NCBI GenBank assembly: GCA_964354085.1
Contig: CAYGYA010000017.1
Span: forward strand, 961-64,960
Reading direction: 5' to 3'
Source of the DNA: an uncultured Methanosarcinales archaeon
Lineage (GTDB): Archaea > Nanobdellota > Nanobdellia > Woesearchaeales > SM23-78
Length of the DNA: 64,000 nucleotides
Part shown: positions 62,779-64,000 of the stretch, piece after piece
Position numbering within the stretch: position 1 is the stretch's first letter
How the letters are laid out: each line of letters opens with the position of its first letter
Made by a program: the position numbers and the translations under genes
Notes under the pieces: generated by a model
The model's database searches: none
What the model saw: the letters and a program-made list of their open reading frames with translations, nothing else
Told to the model about the DNA's origin: nothing

Positions 62779-63294
62779 TTAGAGATGTTTAAACACAAAG
62801 TCAGATCTTTCCTTAACAGCTAGAGGAGGGACAACAATCACTTCGTAATCGAGTTGCTCATACACCTGCTTGATAAGCTCAGAAATCTTTTTCGCATCTT
62901 CTTCTTCCTCAGCCCTGAATCCTGTCTTTTCATAATTAGGCAACTTCTCAAGCAAAAAGACTTTTTCATAATCGCATACTTTCATTGCAAGGTAAAGGTT
63001 TCTTGGCACTTTCTGATTCCTAAACCTGCAATACGCCAAGCCATCAGGAATTCCCCTGTCAATGAAAACAACCGCATTGCCTCTTAGAAGCTCACCCTCT
63101 CTCTTAAGCTGTAAGTCAACTATTTTTTCCTGGAAATTAGTCTGAAGCCAGGGTTCCTTAACTCCTTTTCCTTGCTCTTCAAGAATAATGTCCTTGGCAG
63201 CTTCCTTAACAATCATATATCTTCTTTTTTCTAATTCCTCAAGAAGTGTTGTCTTGCCTGAACCAGGCCCTCCTGTGATAACGTAAAGCCTCAT
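62779..63294 (-). CDS. P-loop NTPase of the AAA_28/COG3911-like family, paralogue 2
   Basis: YVITGGPGSGKTTLLEELEKRRYMIVKE, FIDRGIPDGLAY, YEKVFLLEKL. Start taken at MRLYVITG. Confidence 0.6.
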   Translation of the reverse strand: MRLYVITGGPGSGKTTLLEELEKRRYMIVKEAAKDIILEEQGKGVKEPWLQTNFQEKIVDLQLKREGELLRGNAVVFIDRGIPDGLAYCRFRNQKVPRNLYLAMKVCDYEKVFLLEKLPNYEKTGFRAEEEEDAKKISELIKQVYEQLDYEVIVVPPLAVKERSDFVFKHL

Positions 63295-63417
63295 GATTAT
63301 GTTTATGGCTAACATTCTTTAAATATTTTTTGTAGATTGATATTTTGTATCATAAGCAAAAAATATTTATAAGAGTCAAATAAGGAATAAGCAGGGTGTT
63401 TATGAGGGTAGGTAGTT

Positions 63418-64000
63418 ATGAGCAATGAGATAATCGTAATAAGTGTTGGTGGAAGCCTTATCTGTCCTGACAGTATTGACATAGCTTTTCTTAAGAAGTT
63501 AAAAGAGATAGTTATTGGGCAGATTAAGAAGGGAAAAAGATTTGTCCTGATAACAGGCGGCGGCAAGACTGCAAGGAACTACCAGTTTGCTGCAAGAGAA
63601 GTTGGGCTGCTTGATAACGAGGACTTGGATTGGCTAGGCATTCATGCAACAAGGATTAATGCTCATCTTGTAAGGACTATTTTCAAGGAATATGCTCATC
63701 CTCAAATCATCAAGCACCCTGCTGAAAAAATTGATTTTAAGGAGAAAATCCTTGTGGCTGCTGGCTGGAAGCCTGGCTTTAGCACAGACTATGATGCTGT
63801 TCTCCTTGCAAAGCAGTTTAAAGTGAAGAAAATAATTAACCTATCAAACATTTTCTATGTTTATGACAAAGATCCTGCAAAATACGGGGATGCCAAGCCT
63901 TACAAGACACTGAGCTGGAAGGATTACAGGAAAATGTTCGGTGAGAAATGGAATCCTGGGCTTAGCAGCCCGTTTGACCCTGTTGCCAGCGAAGAAGCAG
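63418..64000 (+). CDS. pyrH: Archaeal-type UMP kinase (amino-acid-kinase fold); partial, continues past the right window edge
   Basis: My own translation from the ATG at 63418 is MSNEIIVISVGGSLICPD...FVLITGGGKTARNYQ...DWLGIHATRINAHLV...AAGWKPGFSTDYDAVLLA. The frame is open to base 64000. Confidence 0.75.
   Translation, partial: MSNEIIVISVGGSLICPDSIDIAFLKKLKEIVIGQIKKGKRFVLITGGGKTARNYQFAAREVGLLDNEDLDWLGIHATRINAHLVRTIFKEYAHPQIIKHPAEKIDFKEKILVAAGWKPGFSTDYDAVLLAKQFKVKKIINLSNIFYVYDKDPAKYGDAKPYKTLSWKDYRKMFGEKWNPGLSSPFDPVASEEA

Noticed and set aside
63309-63566. 85-aa minus-strand ORF
   Set aside because: It overlaps the well-supported + strand UMP-kinase frame and the upstream intergenic region. 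Its composition is odd and it has no motif.
1-64000. CRISPR arrays, rRNA genes, transposases or IS elements, prophage structural genes
   Set aside because: I saw no regularly spaced short direct repeats, no rRNA-like conserved stretches, and no DDE, serine or tyrosine recombinase motifs in any listed ORF.

Overview
This is an AT-rich, very gene-dense segment with many 1-8 nt start/stop overlaps and GGAGGTGA-type ribosome-binding sites. Its gene content reads as a small-genome archaeon, probably DPANN-like (inference). The archaeal markers are GatD/GatE, RNase P Rpp21, TruD, Bud32, NIP7, Cdc48, RtcB, an archaeal-type UMP kinase and a multi-intron tRNA. Bacterial-type Adk and ThrRS sit among them. 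I saw no rRNA, CRISPR array, integrase or transposase. Housekeeping translation and RNA-processing genes alternate with envelope and accessory genes. Three things stand out. (A) A co-directional minus-strand block (about 4.4-13.9 kb, continuing to base 1) couples two ribbon-helix-helix regulators to a 1028-aa PKD/Ig-like surface protein. These are followed by a 1263-aa bitopic protein that fuses a ~600-aa extracellular domain to a cytoplasmic HerA/FtsK-type pumping ATPase, then by two coiled-coil proteins. A second giant repeat-containing adhesin lies downstream. (B) A tightly coupled nine-gene minus-strand operon (46.8-55.7 kb) encodes a LysM protein, a membrane NodB deacetylase, a MoxR-like AAA+ ATPase, a HExxH-metallopeptidase/vWA protein, an unknown protein, two glycine-zipper membrane proteins, a PD-(D/E)xK nuclease-fold protein and a low-complexity HTH-like protein. 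(C) A 310-nt tRNA-Arg(CCT) gene is interrupted at three positions, including a 147-nt T-loop insert made of four consecutive hairpins. All family calls come from motif recognition by eye. No database or HMM search was possible, so names are hypotheses except where hallmark motifs are quoted.
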